Source of the DNA: Entomortierella parvispora E1425 | Lineage: Eukaryota > Fungi > Mortierellomycota | Direction: 5' to 3' | Assembly: GCA_020891255.1 (NCBI GenBank) | Contig: BQFW01000012.1 | Coordinates: forward strand, 62,001 to 126,000 | DNA: 64,000 nucleotides | Shown here: positions 13,244 to 24,916 of the stretch, one piece after another | Position numbering within the stretch: position 1 is the first letter of the stretch | Layout: each line of letters starts with the position of its first letter | Program-made: the position numbers and the translations under genes | Notes under the pieces: generated by a model | What the model was told of the DNA's origin: nothing | Seen by the model: only the letters and a program-made list of their open reading frames with translations | Databases searched by the model: none

Positions 13244-14541
13244 TGTCTGTCTTTCGAGGAATGGAGCTGGAGACAGAACGGGTGAATAATCAGGGGTGCG
13301 GATGAGAGAAAAGGAGTTGAGTGGACAAATAAAAGTCCAGAAAAGAAAACGGAAGAACGGAAGAGGGTGAAAAGGTGAAGAAGGCCCAGCCTAAAGGACT
13401 GAGGCCGTAAACTCAAGTCGTTATTAGCGTTGGCTTGACATTTCATTTCTGCACCATTTCCGTTGTGCAACCCCAACTTGAGCTATTCAATTGCTGCTCT
13501 GCCCCCCTTCCTGGCTAATTTGTCGAAACCAGAGCCCTGATCCGCGATCAAAGGAACAAAGCCCAACGATGGGCTGCGGATGTAATAGTCTGAACTCTCA
13601 GATTTACTACAAGGAAATATTTCAGCCAGATGCAATCTCCATTCAAGCTTTAATGTTTAATCGCGAATAAAAATCCTTCTGAGCTCTCTGATTAGTATGG
13701 ACCATTGGGAATGTACCTGCTCAATTCTCAGGATCGCGACGACCTCAGAGGATGGCGCCCACACCATCCACCAGCAAGACACGTACAGATGGTGTACTGT
13801 GGACATGATGTCGAAAGAATCGGCGTGGCTCTTTGACGGACAAAAAAGAAGGCGCCAATACTAATAAATGCAAAGAAAGCAGAGTGCCACTGATAACATG
13901 TCAAAAATTGTGGGGTTCAGTTGAAAGTCTGGCTTTTAGAAAAGCTTTGACCTTCTACACTTGTGTGTTAATGACTTTGTGATGACTACTTCTTAGCTCG
14001 GCAGAGCCCAACGGTATTAGCAGAAAGGTATGTCTGCTTGGACAACAAAAGATGGCCGCTACTCCATAACGCCGCAATGCACGGAGGGAGACTCGAAGAG
14101 AATAAACTGTTTCAACAATGGCGCGAAGCAGCTAACTCACCAGCTTCACAGCGGTGCGATGTTAGCATCTTGAAGACATCTTGAGCAGATGACTACAAGT
14201 ATAGCGGGAGGACAACGATGTAGTGGCAGAAAGTAAAACATCAGGTGAGTGGGATGGTCAAACCAACCCTCCTTGCCCGCCATGCTCAACTGCCCACAGG
14301 GATGGAGCCGTGAAGATGTAGTGACGAGCAGCGAGACGCCAAAAAAAAAGAGAAAACGCGTCTTGGCGAATTTCTGCAGGGAACACTGCGAGTCAAATCT
14401 CTGTGTGGACGTCCCTGATTTTGGTCTGGTGCAATGAGATGGATGGGCGTTTAGAGATAAAAAGACGCACCTTTATTGTTTTCGTACTATTGAAAGAAAA
14501 GAATGAACAAAACGCTGTGTTGCAAAAAAGGGGGCTCCAGC

Positions 14542-16005
14542 TCAGAACTTGGGAGCGTCGCAGATGTTCAGCGTGTTGCCATCTGGATCAGTGAACGCAG
14601 CAACGGTGCCCCATGGGTAGGTGGCTGGTGGCATCTTAAAGACTACCCCCCTCTTGAGTAAACGCTCGTACGAATCGTTCACATCTTGAACCAACCAACT
14701 GATGCTGGTCTTTGCAGCGGGGTCCGCAGGAGCGCCCTTTCCATAGCAGAACACCGTGAACTTTGTCTTCTCCAAAGGGTTAGCAATAAACTCCATGTAG
14801 CGAGCTCCCTCTGGAAGACCTTCAGGTTGACGGTTGGCCAAACACTCGAGCCCCAGAGTTTTGGAGTAGAATTCAAAAGCTGAATGGAGAAGCGTTTAGT
14901 CAGTTTTAGAGGAATCCAGAATCCAGCGCAAAATCAGAAGAGAAAAAAACTGACGTCCAACTCACCTTTGTCCCAGTCGGACACACAGACGCCAGTCGAG
15001 TAGAGGGCAGCAAAGGGCTTGGAGGGACGGTACTCCCATCGGCCGCCCTTGATATAAGCTTGCAAGCGAGGATTGGACTCGAGGCGCTGGTACATCTTGA
15101 ACAAGGCGGGACGAGTAGACTCGTTACACATGGGCTTGAATTGGTTCGGATACACAGCGTAAAACATGGACATCCAGTCAAACCAAGGGAATTCCGCATA
15201 GGTGGTCTAGCACAACGAAAAAAACAACGCCGCCAATAATGAGAAGAGGGTAAACGATTGCAACCTTATCTTTCTCTGTTGCGACGATTGTATATTACCT
15301 TTTGACCCACGAGATAACCATTGGATCCGTTCTTGACAAGATACTGCTCAATACCATCAAGGAAAGGCGTCATGGCCTTGAAGGCCTTTTCGGTATCTTC
15401 GTCGGTTGATTTGGGCTTCAACCAAATGTTCATTTGCATGACGTTGAGGATATCCTCGAGTGCGCACTGGTTGCAAGAGTCGACAATGGCGTTTTCCTCT
15501 TCGTTGGATCCTACCAAGCCCAAAAGGCGGCCTGCGTAGCGCTGGATAGCGCCGACCTGCGACAGCCTAAAGACTGAACCGTCGGGCTTGTAATGGGTAA
15601 TCAAAGGGAGAAGGCCAAAAGGAGTGTCTTTCTTTCCCTTGGGCCAAGCTACGGGAGCCGAGCTCGTGTAATTGGCCTAGAGAGAACAATTCAAAAATAG
15701 GGCAGGAGTTAGAACTTCAAGCACCCTGGGATAAGAACACACAGTCGATGAGAGAGCCTGAAAAAACATACACCGCAGAATTCAAACATGAGTCGAATGA
15801 CTTCAGCGCGGGCTCGAGTAGCCATGTAGAACACATCGAAGCGCGACTGCTTGAGGGTCTCACTGAGGACATATTGATCTTGAGGGTAGTTTTCGAACCC
15901 AACTTCAACCTCGACCTGATCAACCTTGGCCTTCTTGACAGCAGAGTCAGCGGCAGACATATCGACGTCCTTGATGGTTGGGTAGGGAGAGTTACGTTTG
16001 GTCAT
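14542..16005 (-). CDS. Glutathione S-transferase (sigma-like, N and C domains) fused to a C-terminal glyoxalase/bleomycin-resistance (VOC) domain
   Basis: GST-N VFYMATRARAEVIRLMF and SQVGAIQRYAGR; GST-C YLVGQK|TTYAEFPWFDW. An 86-nt GT-AG intron (14965-14880) joins VSDWDK-A-FEFYSKTLGL in frame to the VOC ORF (WLVQDVNDSYERL, YPWG, FTDPDGN). Confidence 0.85.
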
Positions 16006-16423
16006 AGTGAACTGATGCGTTGAGTGTGGAGTGTGGAGTGTGGGGCAATTGAAATGGGAAGAAAGGAGGGGGAAACTGGGCTTTTTATGTCAACTGTCGG
16101 CGTCCTCCGCGCGGAAAGCGCGCAGGGCCCATTTCAGGTTGAATTGGTGGCCAGGCAGAGTCGATTGAGCTGTCCCTGTCCATCGCCCAATCTTTGTGTT
16201 CAAATGTGACCAACGGACACACCGAGGAAAACGAAAAAAGACGGCGGTCTCAATTGGCCGCAATTCAACCAGCTCGAATTTAATGCTTGTTGCCTGCCGT
16301 TGCCACCAACCTTGCGCTCTGCGCCCAGACCCCATGGATTGCGCTTTTGCCTGTCCTCATTCAAAAAAAAAGTGTACTTCATCAACCTTTATCTGCAAAG
16401 ACTATTCTACATCATTGATCCCT

Positions 16424-18098
16424 TTACAACAGACGCTGCTGCACGACGGCATTCAGAAGTCCAGCATCCTTGATAGTCTGCTTGACATCATCCAGATCTT
16501 TCTTGGGGAAGTTGGTCTGAAGCATGTAGGGTCGAGATGATTCGCCAACTTGAGAGGCATTGATGAATCCCCGGATATCGTTGATTGTGTGCGTGTGGTT
16601 GAATCGAGCTACCATCCTAGTACCGTCGGCCAATCGGATCTGGATTGAAGTCACCGGTTGAGACTCGTCAATCTGCAAGCTCCGAGGCACCGGGATAGGC
16701 TCTGAGGAAGCTCCCGGGAATGATCCAGGGGTGGCAGAAGGGGATGCGACACTTCCCAGACGGTTGCCAGTTCCTTCGAACGCTTTGGGTGGGGCCTTGG
16801 GAGGCTCCTTGTAGTCATCTTCCATGCGTTTGGCAACCCTCATTTCCACTGGCTGGCCAGGCTTGATGTTAAGGTACTTCAGAGGCGCTTGACTACAACA
16901 ATAACAACAAGTTCAGTGAGCATGTGTGAAGCCAATCCTATTTCTTCATGGTAAAAAGCAATCCTTCATACCCGCGGTTGATTGCATCTAAAAACTCTCT
17001 GTTGGCCGGGTCGTCGTAACTCATCAAAGGTCCATCTTCGAGACTATAACCGTTTCTCCAGAACGTAAGGTTGCGGGTCACCGTTTCCAACACTTCAGGA
17101 GAAGGTGTCGAGCGAACAGGTGCCTGTGGTGCAGAACTAGAAGACGAAGACGCCTCACCCTCGCTTCCTAAGCGGTTTCCTATTCTCGAAAGAGAATACA
17201 GTTAAATACAAACAAGAGATTGAGGTACTTTCGCGGTCAATAGTAATCTTGCATATACCTGATCCAGTAAAGTATGTCTTTTTAGGAGCTGCTGGTTCTG
17301 GAGGTTCCTCTCTGGCGCCACCTCTACGAAAATGATCAAGCGAGAGTGAGTTACTCTACTGGTTCAATCTTTTTTTCGAGCTATCGCACGCAAGGCTTAC
17401 TTGGCCGCTTTCTTCAGAATATCTTCGACGAGCGCATTGGGATCTTTCTTTCCAGGGGGTCCTTGAACCATCACACCTCTAAGAGAGATTACATCAACAT
17501 ATTCAATAATACTGGCCCGAATAGAAGAACCATCCGATCAAGTAACGTACGATTTCTCCCCGCCAGCGAAGTAGTTTTGTTTTTCTTCATCAGAAGATCC
17601 CTCATCCTCGTCGTCATCCTTGTTCAGGTCCCTGAAGGTGGCAATACCGCTGTAGTTTTTAAGAGTGAAGAGAAACTCATGTCAGCTCCAAGGTGTGGAA
17701 TACGCGATACAATACGGGTGAAGAGCAGTCACGATGGACGCGTACCCCTGTCTGCGGCCGGACGCGCTCGTGTCAGCCTTGCGCTTGCCGTCAGTGTTGG
17801 AGGAGCTGCTTTGGGGTGGGATATAGTCATCATCATCGTCTTCGTCGTCTTCAACAGCATCGTAGCGACTCTGTCCTGCGCCTGTGGGTGCGGAAGGCTC
17901 TTCATAAAAGCTACTCATAGCCGCCTAAAGAGAAAAGCAAGGTCAGCCCTGTGGCCACTTGAAATGAAAACATCTGCAGTCATTTTTAGGCCTTACATCG
18001 ATGTTCCAGTTGTTGGCCTCCAAGTAGAATTGTGCTTGCTCTGGAGTGGACCCAACGACGCCGACAAAATTGGCAATGAGTTCCTGGTGATCAGCCAT
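16424..18098 (-). CDS. SHP1: p47/NSFL1C-like Cdc48 cofactor (UBA-like, SEP and UBX domains), multi-exon
   Basis: N-terminal MADHQELIANFVGVVGSTPEQAQFYLEANNW; SEP LTFWRNGYSLEDGPLMSYDDP; SHP box FEGTGNRLG; UBX TSIQIRLADGTRMVARFNHTHT...FP...LLNAVVQQRL. Confidence 0.9.
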
Positions 18099-19084
18099 CT
18101 GAGGAGTTCGAATGTTCAAATGAGAGGAGAGGTTTGAGCGGAATCCATCTCACCACAGCACTTCATGAGCGGCGTGTCACGTGCAGTCAGGAGGCGAACA
18201 GCGAACGATCCACAAACCCCGCAGACTCAACCTGCAGACGCAGGAAGCGGGAGGGCGAGTCTGACTCTGCCAGCCCTGACTCTGTGCCAATCCCCAGATT
18301 GGCCAGGTCTTGACGGGCCCATTTCACGTCACCGTATTGGAATCTGTTGCTGCCCCTGCGGCAGCGTTCAATGGAGGCATGACCAAAAGCGATCAACGGC
18401 CGCCATCATCCCTCTCCGAAGTACCATCACTTGTCCAACCTAATCTTATCATCACCCTCCTGCCCTCCCTCGGCCCTCTGCACCACTACACCCCTGCAGA
18501 ATAACAGCAACAACAGCGGTCTTTCCAAAGGTTTGTTGTTCTGCCCATGGACGCCCCAATGCCTCCTTTTTTTCCTTTTCTTTTTCATTGCCCGTTTTTT
18601 TTTTTTTTTTTGGCTTTGCCTCGGGAGAGAGAGACTCCACCTTGGGACAGCAGAGAGCAGAGTGAGAGGGAAGGAGGAGCATCAGGTGTAAGGATGCAGT
18701 CCCTGCACCGTCTTGTCCTGTCCTCTCCTCCTGGTCACGGCAGAACAATGGACACATGGGTGTGACCCAGCTACAGCCATCATCGTTGCAGAAAGCTAAA
18801 AAACAAGGCCCCAAGCTGAACCTTGCTGCTGGCACTGAATGTTTGCTCTCCACCACTTGACCGCAAGCCCAGTTGCCCACTTTCTCGTTGTTCTTTTTTT
18901 TTTATTTCTGGTTTATTTCCAAGTGCGCTTTCCGCCTTCCCCTTTGCACAATTCAATTCGGTTGGCAGATAACGATACAGTCTGTGCTGCACCCTGACCA
19001 AGTCCCCTCTTTCTTCCTCTCTCCCCTCTCTGCTCTCTCGTCATCTCAAAAGTAGCCACCACCGCCACCGGGCACAAAAGGGTC

Positions 19085-21025
19085 ATGAACCAGCAACCTC
19101 AGCTCTTGTCCCAGCTGCAGCAACAGCAGCAGCAGCTACAGCAGCAGCAACAACAGCAACAAATTCAGCAACAGCAGCAGCTCCAACTACAGCAACAGCA
19201 ACATGCTCAACAGCATCTCCAGCTCCAACAGCCAGTAATGCAACCCAGACAGCCTGGAGGTGTGCGCGCAAATAGCGGCAACCAGATTCCTTACCCCCTG
19301 CAGACAAACACCTCCTCGCCGTCGTCCCCGTCGGCGTCTGGATCTCAGCCCTCCTCCCCGAATGGCTCTATGACCTCGCTGCAACCCCCTTCGCCTGCAA
19401 AAGCCAACACAAATACCTTTGTTCACAAACTGCACAAGTAAGTCGGTGGCCATCACCACTGCCAATAGCCTGTCTGCTCTGGACTTTACCTACACTGCAA
19501 CAATGTTCTGACTTGAATCATTCATTGATTATCCTATAGCATGGTGGTTGATAAGCACTATCAGCACTTGATTGCCTGGAACTATACTGGAACCTCCTTC
19601 ATCGTGTGCAACATTATGGAGTTCTCACGAGATGTGCTACCCAAGCACTTCAAGCACAACAATTTTTCGAGCTTCGTGAGACAGCTCAACATGTATGGTG
19701 ACCCTGTGCCTTTGCGGATGTTGAATGTGAGACGACTTGCGGCAGGATAGGACTCGTTCCCGAACCTGTCCCTGCTCTCCGAAGAGCAACTTACCCCAGC
19801 GCTATCGTTCACTGGCACATCGCACAACTGTTGACTGAGTGACTGATCTCTTCTTTTCTTGTTGATAGGTACGGTTTCCACAAAGTCAACAAGTCTCCAA
19901 GAGGCCATCGCACTTTGGCTGAGAATCAGATCTGGGAGTTCTCCCATCAAAAGTTTTTGAGAGGACGTCATGACCTTTTGGATGATATCAAGCGAAAGGC
20001 CATGGAATCTGATTCTATGCGACGGGAGGGAGGTGATCTTCCCCAGCATATGGCCGTTCTTACAGCGCAGCAGCAGGAAGTTCATCAGCAACTCAACCAG
20101 TTGCAGGGAAACTTTGATGAGGTTGTCCGGGAACTCGCAGAGACACGCCGCAAGCAGGCAGCACAGCAGCAGCTCATGAAGAACTTGCTAGAGTACATTC
20201 AAAAGACCTCTGGTGGTCAGCGTAAGTTGAAGAAATCGTTCTTTTTCTTTTTTTTTTTTTTTTTTTTTACATCATCTCTGACTCTTCTGCGTGTATCCAT
20301 GTATTCCATTAGCATTACCAGCGGAGTTGTCCTTCGAACAGTTTGAAGTCAAGCCCGAGCCAGAAAGACCCCCTATTTACATCACGGCACCAGAGAACTC
20401 ATCACAGCAAATGTATCACCACAATATGATGTTTAGCGGCCTTGGATCCAACGACGGGTCTGGACAAACTGCTCGTCGTCCTCAGTCACCACTGACGATC
20501 CAGACATCGTTGGGTGGAAGCTCTCCCCAGTCCCCTCAAAATGGACCTCTTTCGCCTCACCACTCTCCCCTTTCACCACACCACTCGCCAATGTCTCCCC
20601 TCTCGCCCCTGTCACCATCGTTTTCGATGCAGAACCTTGGATTGGGAATGTCCAACGGGAATTTGAATGTGGACCAGAATCAGGGCAACAACAATGGACG
20701 CCAGCAACGTACTCCGTCGATCAACATTCAAATACCCCCCTTCTATACAACTTCTTCAGGTCTGTTGGCACATGCTCCTCAGTCTCCAAACACATTGGCA
20801 GCATACACGAGTGCCGTCAACACACCCCTTCCACCAAGCCCCTCACCAGGGTCGCCAATGGCCACTATGGTCTCTGATAACGAGATGGAGTCAAGTGCCT
20901 CCTTGTACTGCCCAAGCCCCGGCGGACCCAATCTCCAGAGCGGACGGGGAAGTGAATATGGTGGTAGTGAATATGGCGGTAGCGAGTATGGCGACGACGG
21001 AACCAACTTTTTCAGCATGTCATAA
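19085..21025 (+). CDS. HSF-type DNA-binding transcription factor with poly-Q N-terminus and coiled coil, multi-exon
   Basis: FVHKL...[25 protein letters not shown]...WEFSH..FLRGR is the canonical HSF DNA-binding domain. Followed by a heptad coiled coil and an SP-rich tail. Confidence 0.9.
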
Positions 21026-21216
21026 CCTATATTCTCATTTTTGTTCCAATAAAATCCCCCCACACTTCTTCACTCAATGCCTGCCTTGTTCAAGAAGCAG
21101 TCACCGCGGGGAGAACGAGTATGCACATGTGCATTGCACCATCTCACCTCAACGATCAATTCTTATTCTAGACACACGCCACTTAGTCCTGGAATTCAGT
21201 CGTGAAGCAGAAACTC

Positions 21217-22504
21217 ATGTCGGACGCATGGGATGACTGGGAACAAGCCGACGAGGCTGATGTAAGGCTACTTCCCAGCACACACGCAACTCCTCCCTCT
21301 TCGGTTTTCCTCTAGTACCTCTGCCAAAAAGGGAGCCGTAGACTCTGATCTGGATTTCCTAGGGAAAAAAGGCCCTGACATTATTCTCTTGTAGATTCAA
21401 GCACCTGTACCCAAGTTGATACCTGCACGAAAAGTTAGTGCTTCACCGTTACCTAGAGCAGAAACAGGGATCATTCCAGCGGGACAGCCCCAGATTTTGA
21501 AGCGTAACCAGCAAGGGCCTTCTGGATTCGGCGACCAGGATCAAAGAGAAGAACAGCGCGATGGTCGATCTCTCCATGAAAAGAATCGAGCCCTCTGGGA
21601 CAAGGCGTAAGTTACACTGCGCTTACATGTATTGTGCAGCGGCCGTGGTTTTTTGTGAACGTTATCTCTGAACTGACCTCGCCAACGTCATATTCATGAA
21701 GGAATGCGTATGAGCAACCGATCATTGCCAGAAATGACAATAGCATGCGGACGGAATATGTTCCAGAGGTAATTGCAACGACCAAAGAACTTATGAGAAT
21801 TGACATTTTCATGAAGATATAGAAATCAACTTCAAGTTGCTAAAAAAAAAAAAAAAAAAAAAAATCACTGCCTCACTTGGTAGATTCGAATCCTTCGGAG
21901 ACCCAAGAGTCCCGTAGCAGCGGCGAGGGTCCCGATCAAATCCAAACCCCTGGCTGAACGCGAGGCGGAATACAATGCAGCGCGCGAAAAGATTTTTGGC
22001 CCTTCCTCCACAACAACACCAGCGACATCACCGAGTAGCGGCAGTGGTCAGTCAGGGAACTTATCCAACAAGAGTTCGACTTCCTCTCCCTCATCCTCCA
22101 GACCTGGATCCGGAAGATCGTCTCCGGCCCTGCCAGCTGGACAAGATAGTGGTTTTCAACAACTTTCCGTCAAACCGATCGAGTTCAAGGGGAAGCCAAC
22201 TCTGATTCGCAAGGCTCAAAAACCAAGCCAGGATGCAGTGATTCGACAGCCACAAGGCCCCACAACCATGGCCGCGACCTCGTTCTCTCAGAACCACAAT
22301 AATCGTGGAGGTGGAAGAGGATTACAATCCTCTCGTGACAATGGCACATCGGAAAGACAGACGCCCCAGGATACACAGCAACATCAACATCGACCACAGC
22401 AACATCAGCAGCAACCAGCTTCGCGAGGCGGGCGGTCCATAGGCTTCGGAAAATCTCTCCGAGGGGCTCCACGACACCCTGCTCCATCGTCACCAGGGCC
22501 ATAA
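21217..22504 (+). CDS. SUZ-domain protein (SZRD1-like), multi-exon
   Basis: Spliced MSDAWDDWE...WDKANAYEQP...TEYVPEIRILRRP...KPLAEREAEYNAAREKIFG (SUZ) and VIRQPQGP (SUZ-C-like). Confidence 0.8.
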
Positions 22505-22645
22505 TTACCCACACCTCTTCCGAACTGACCACAATCACTCTGCTATCCAACCCCCCGCCCATAATTATTACCCAGAAATAACAATATTCATTTTAGCATA
22601 CGAAACTGGTTCAAATGGGTATATGATTTATGTCTGGTCTCTGAT

Positions 22646-23692
22646 TCATGGTTCATACATGATATCAGTCCTGAGAACATACTTATAGCCCTGCTGAACA
22701 ATCAAAGCCTCATGTAGCATGCATTCATCTCCGTGTCGATGAACCAACAGCAATCCGCGGTCAGGTTTTACAGCAATACCACCATTCGGAAGCTCATGAG
22801 ATAATGAGGAAGAAGCAGTGGGTGATGACGACGACTGAAATGTCTTGTTGGTCTCCAATTTTGCAGCTCCTCCTCGCTTGGAAGCAGTGGCCCCACCTCT
22901 TTTGGCTGAGGAGGTCGCCGAGACTGGGTTCTTTTTGCCCTTTGGATAAAACACGGTTTCGCCGCCGGTTAGGTCGGAATCCTTTTCGCCATTGAGGTAG
23001 ATCAAGACAGTATATTCTGACACGGTACCGTCCTCTGGATCCGTGATGGACTCATCGTAATGGGCTCCAAAAGACTGGCCGTTTTGATACCGATAGAGCC
23101 GAATGTTTCTGTTCAACCCCACGGCATGTCGCACCCGCTTGTTATTTCTGGCTCCTGATGTCTACAATGATTAAAAAGACGAGAAAAGAGAGTGAGTACT
23201 GTAAACAAAAATCTCCGGACGCATTGGTTGACACATCCTCCTCCTTTTTCAAATAGGCCGGGAAAACTTCTTTACAATGCAATGGCCCTGGGTTGTCTCC
23301 AACCCCGACTTTGGATCCATCCAAAGCTCCCGCCACCGATCGGCCAGACCACATTTCTGCCAAAGCATCCTGGCAAAGTCGGGTGAATCCATCTGGACCC
23401 GATCGTTGTCTCTGAACGCATACCCAGGTCGAGGCACATTCTTGGGCCGTGGTTGAGTGGGGTCCAGCTTGTCGTCAATCTCCAGTTTCATCCAATGGTT
23501 CAAATAATCCAACAAGGCTCGCGTATCCTGAACCGGCAAGAACTGGGGGAGGACCAGAACTTGACTGGGTCCAAGAATCGTTGTCCACGACGAAATAGAC
23601 GACCCCTGTCGCCCTGGGGCGGACAAGCGTGGCCAAGATTCGATCGCCAAGGCCAACTCCTCGCTAACAGCACCGTCGTCGGGTTTGTCCAT
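22646..23692 (-). CDS. 2OG-Fe(II) dioxygenase (prolyl-4-hydroxylase-like superfamily)
   Basis: RDNDRV, GLNRNIRLYRYQNGQSFGAHYD (HxD), YTVLIYLN, GGETVF, LHEA and KYVLRTD. One inferred intron near 23160-23280. Confidence 0.85.
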
Positions 23693-23857
23693 GATGTATG
23701 TCGGTAATGGGAGTGAAAACAGAAGGATTTCATGAGCCCATGGACCGAAAGTATTATTGGTGGCAATTAAGGGTGTAATACGGAGAAGATGCTCTCGGAT
23801 CACGTGATTTGATTGCGACAGAGTGGTCTTGGAACCTTGACCGATGTCTGAAGAAGC

Positions 23858-23929
23858 TCCTAGTTGGTCCAGTGGTCAGGATTTGTCGCTCTCACCGACA
23901 AGGCCCGGGTTCGATCCCCGGACTGGGAA
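23858..23929 (+). tRNA. tRNA-Glu (anticodon CTC), copy 1
   Basis: 72 nt; acceptor stem TCCTAGT/ACTGGGA; anticodon arm TGTCG-CT-CTC-AC-CGACA; T-loop GGTTCGATCC; TTTT terminator just downstream. Confidence 0.95.
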
Positions 23930-23964
23930 CTCATCTTTTGCCCCGGCGTACCTGGGAGCTGAGA

Positions 23965-23973
23965 CGATCATTT
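23965..23973. repeat. Left target-site duplication CGATCATTT
   Basis: Identical 9-mer at 33584-33592 immediately outside the other TIR. Confidence 0.9.
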
Positions 23974-24023
23974 GGATTTATCTATTTGACAACCCAGGTT
24001 GTTCGTTTTGTTTGACAACCCAC
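23974..24023 (+). repeat. Left terminal inverted repeat
   Basis: GGATTTATCTATTTGACAACCCAGGTTGTTCGTTTTGTTTGACAACCCAC matches the reverse complement of 33534-33583 at 46/50 positions. Confidence 0.9.
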
Positions 24024-24129
24024 CAGTCACACTTTGGAAAATTGCATGGAAACCTGGGTTGTCAGATAGTGAGCTCCACCTCGTTCGCAACAAGCCCGCA
24101 AACCCGAAGTTGCCGCCCGAAACCGCCTC

Positions 24130-24668
24130 CATGGTACCAGCCATCGGACACGGCTTTGTGGACATCATTGTACTCTGCCTTCCATGACTCGCCAACGACC
24201 TGTCCTCCTGTGAGGGGACAGATCACCAGCCCGTTGGCACCAGCCCCGTTGGCATCGGCTCAGTCGGTCGTCACTGCCTACCAAGGAGTGTTACACTGCG
24301 CTTCGATCAAGGCCTGGACTCCAATTATTAAAGGCCCTCACTCGGTCGTGGTCGCAGTTGCTCATCAACTTATCCGTCGTCAGGATAGGGATACTCTTGC
24401 ACGTATCCGGAAGACACGCGGCGAGGTTACTATTGCCTGGGAGAAGACTCAAGGCATCCGCTCCAAGATGAAGAAGCAAGCACAGCGAGGCCAACCTTGG
24501 AACAATGCATTTGCTACGATCTTACCACCAGACACCTGCCAATGCGGTAAACCTCACTCCGGCCACCACCAAGGCCGTTGCCCAGATGCCCAAGATGACC
24601 TTAAGCTGGCAGACCAGCGCTTACTGGCTGGTGTGCGTGGCCAGGTTCATATATCGACACTTTTGTAA
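24130..24668 (+). pseudogene. Open frame without a usable start codon, ending in a Cys/His cluster (CQCGKPHSGHHQGRC); possible cargo gene fragment
   Basis: About 180 stop-free codons inside the element, with no in-frame Met until near the end. No family recognised. Confidence 0.3.
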
Positions 24669-24916
24669 CATTTTATTCTTTATTAAACAGCGATGAGTCG
24701 TGGCATTTGTTGCGCGGGGATTCGGGCTTCATTGTTAGTAGTTTGTTCTCGCACTTCGCTTCACTGTCTCGACATAGCAAATAATATGTAAAAAAAAAAA
24801 AAGTCCACCTCGTCCGCCATAGCATCAGAAGATATTTCGCAAGAATATTTTTATTGAATAATTGCGAACATAACCTGTTACACTTCGTCGACGTGGGATT
24901 GCGCACTATCTGTCTT

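Noticed and set aside
13500-14500. Possible small gene or ncRNA between the TBC and GST genes
   Set aside because: Only short ORFs (about 55-63 aa) are present, with no recognisable motif or RNA structure.
14542-14841. Stand-alone bacterial-like glyoxalase gene (possible HGT)
   Set aside because: Its TTG start is internal. A canonical intron links it to the upstream GST exon, so it is treated as a fusion domain.
23249-23280. Apparent premature stop in the 2OG oxygenase
   Set aside because: It falls within a plausible GT-AG intron (GTAAAG...TTGTAG) that restores the frame.
23844-24130. N-terminal part of the 274-aa ORF
   Set aside because: It runs through the tRNA gene, TSD and TIR, so it is a chance open frame.
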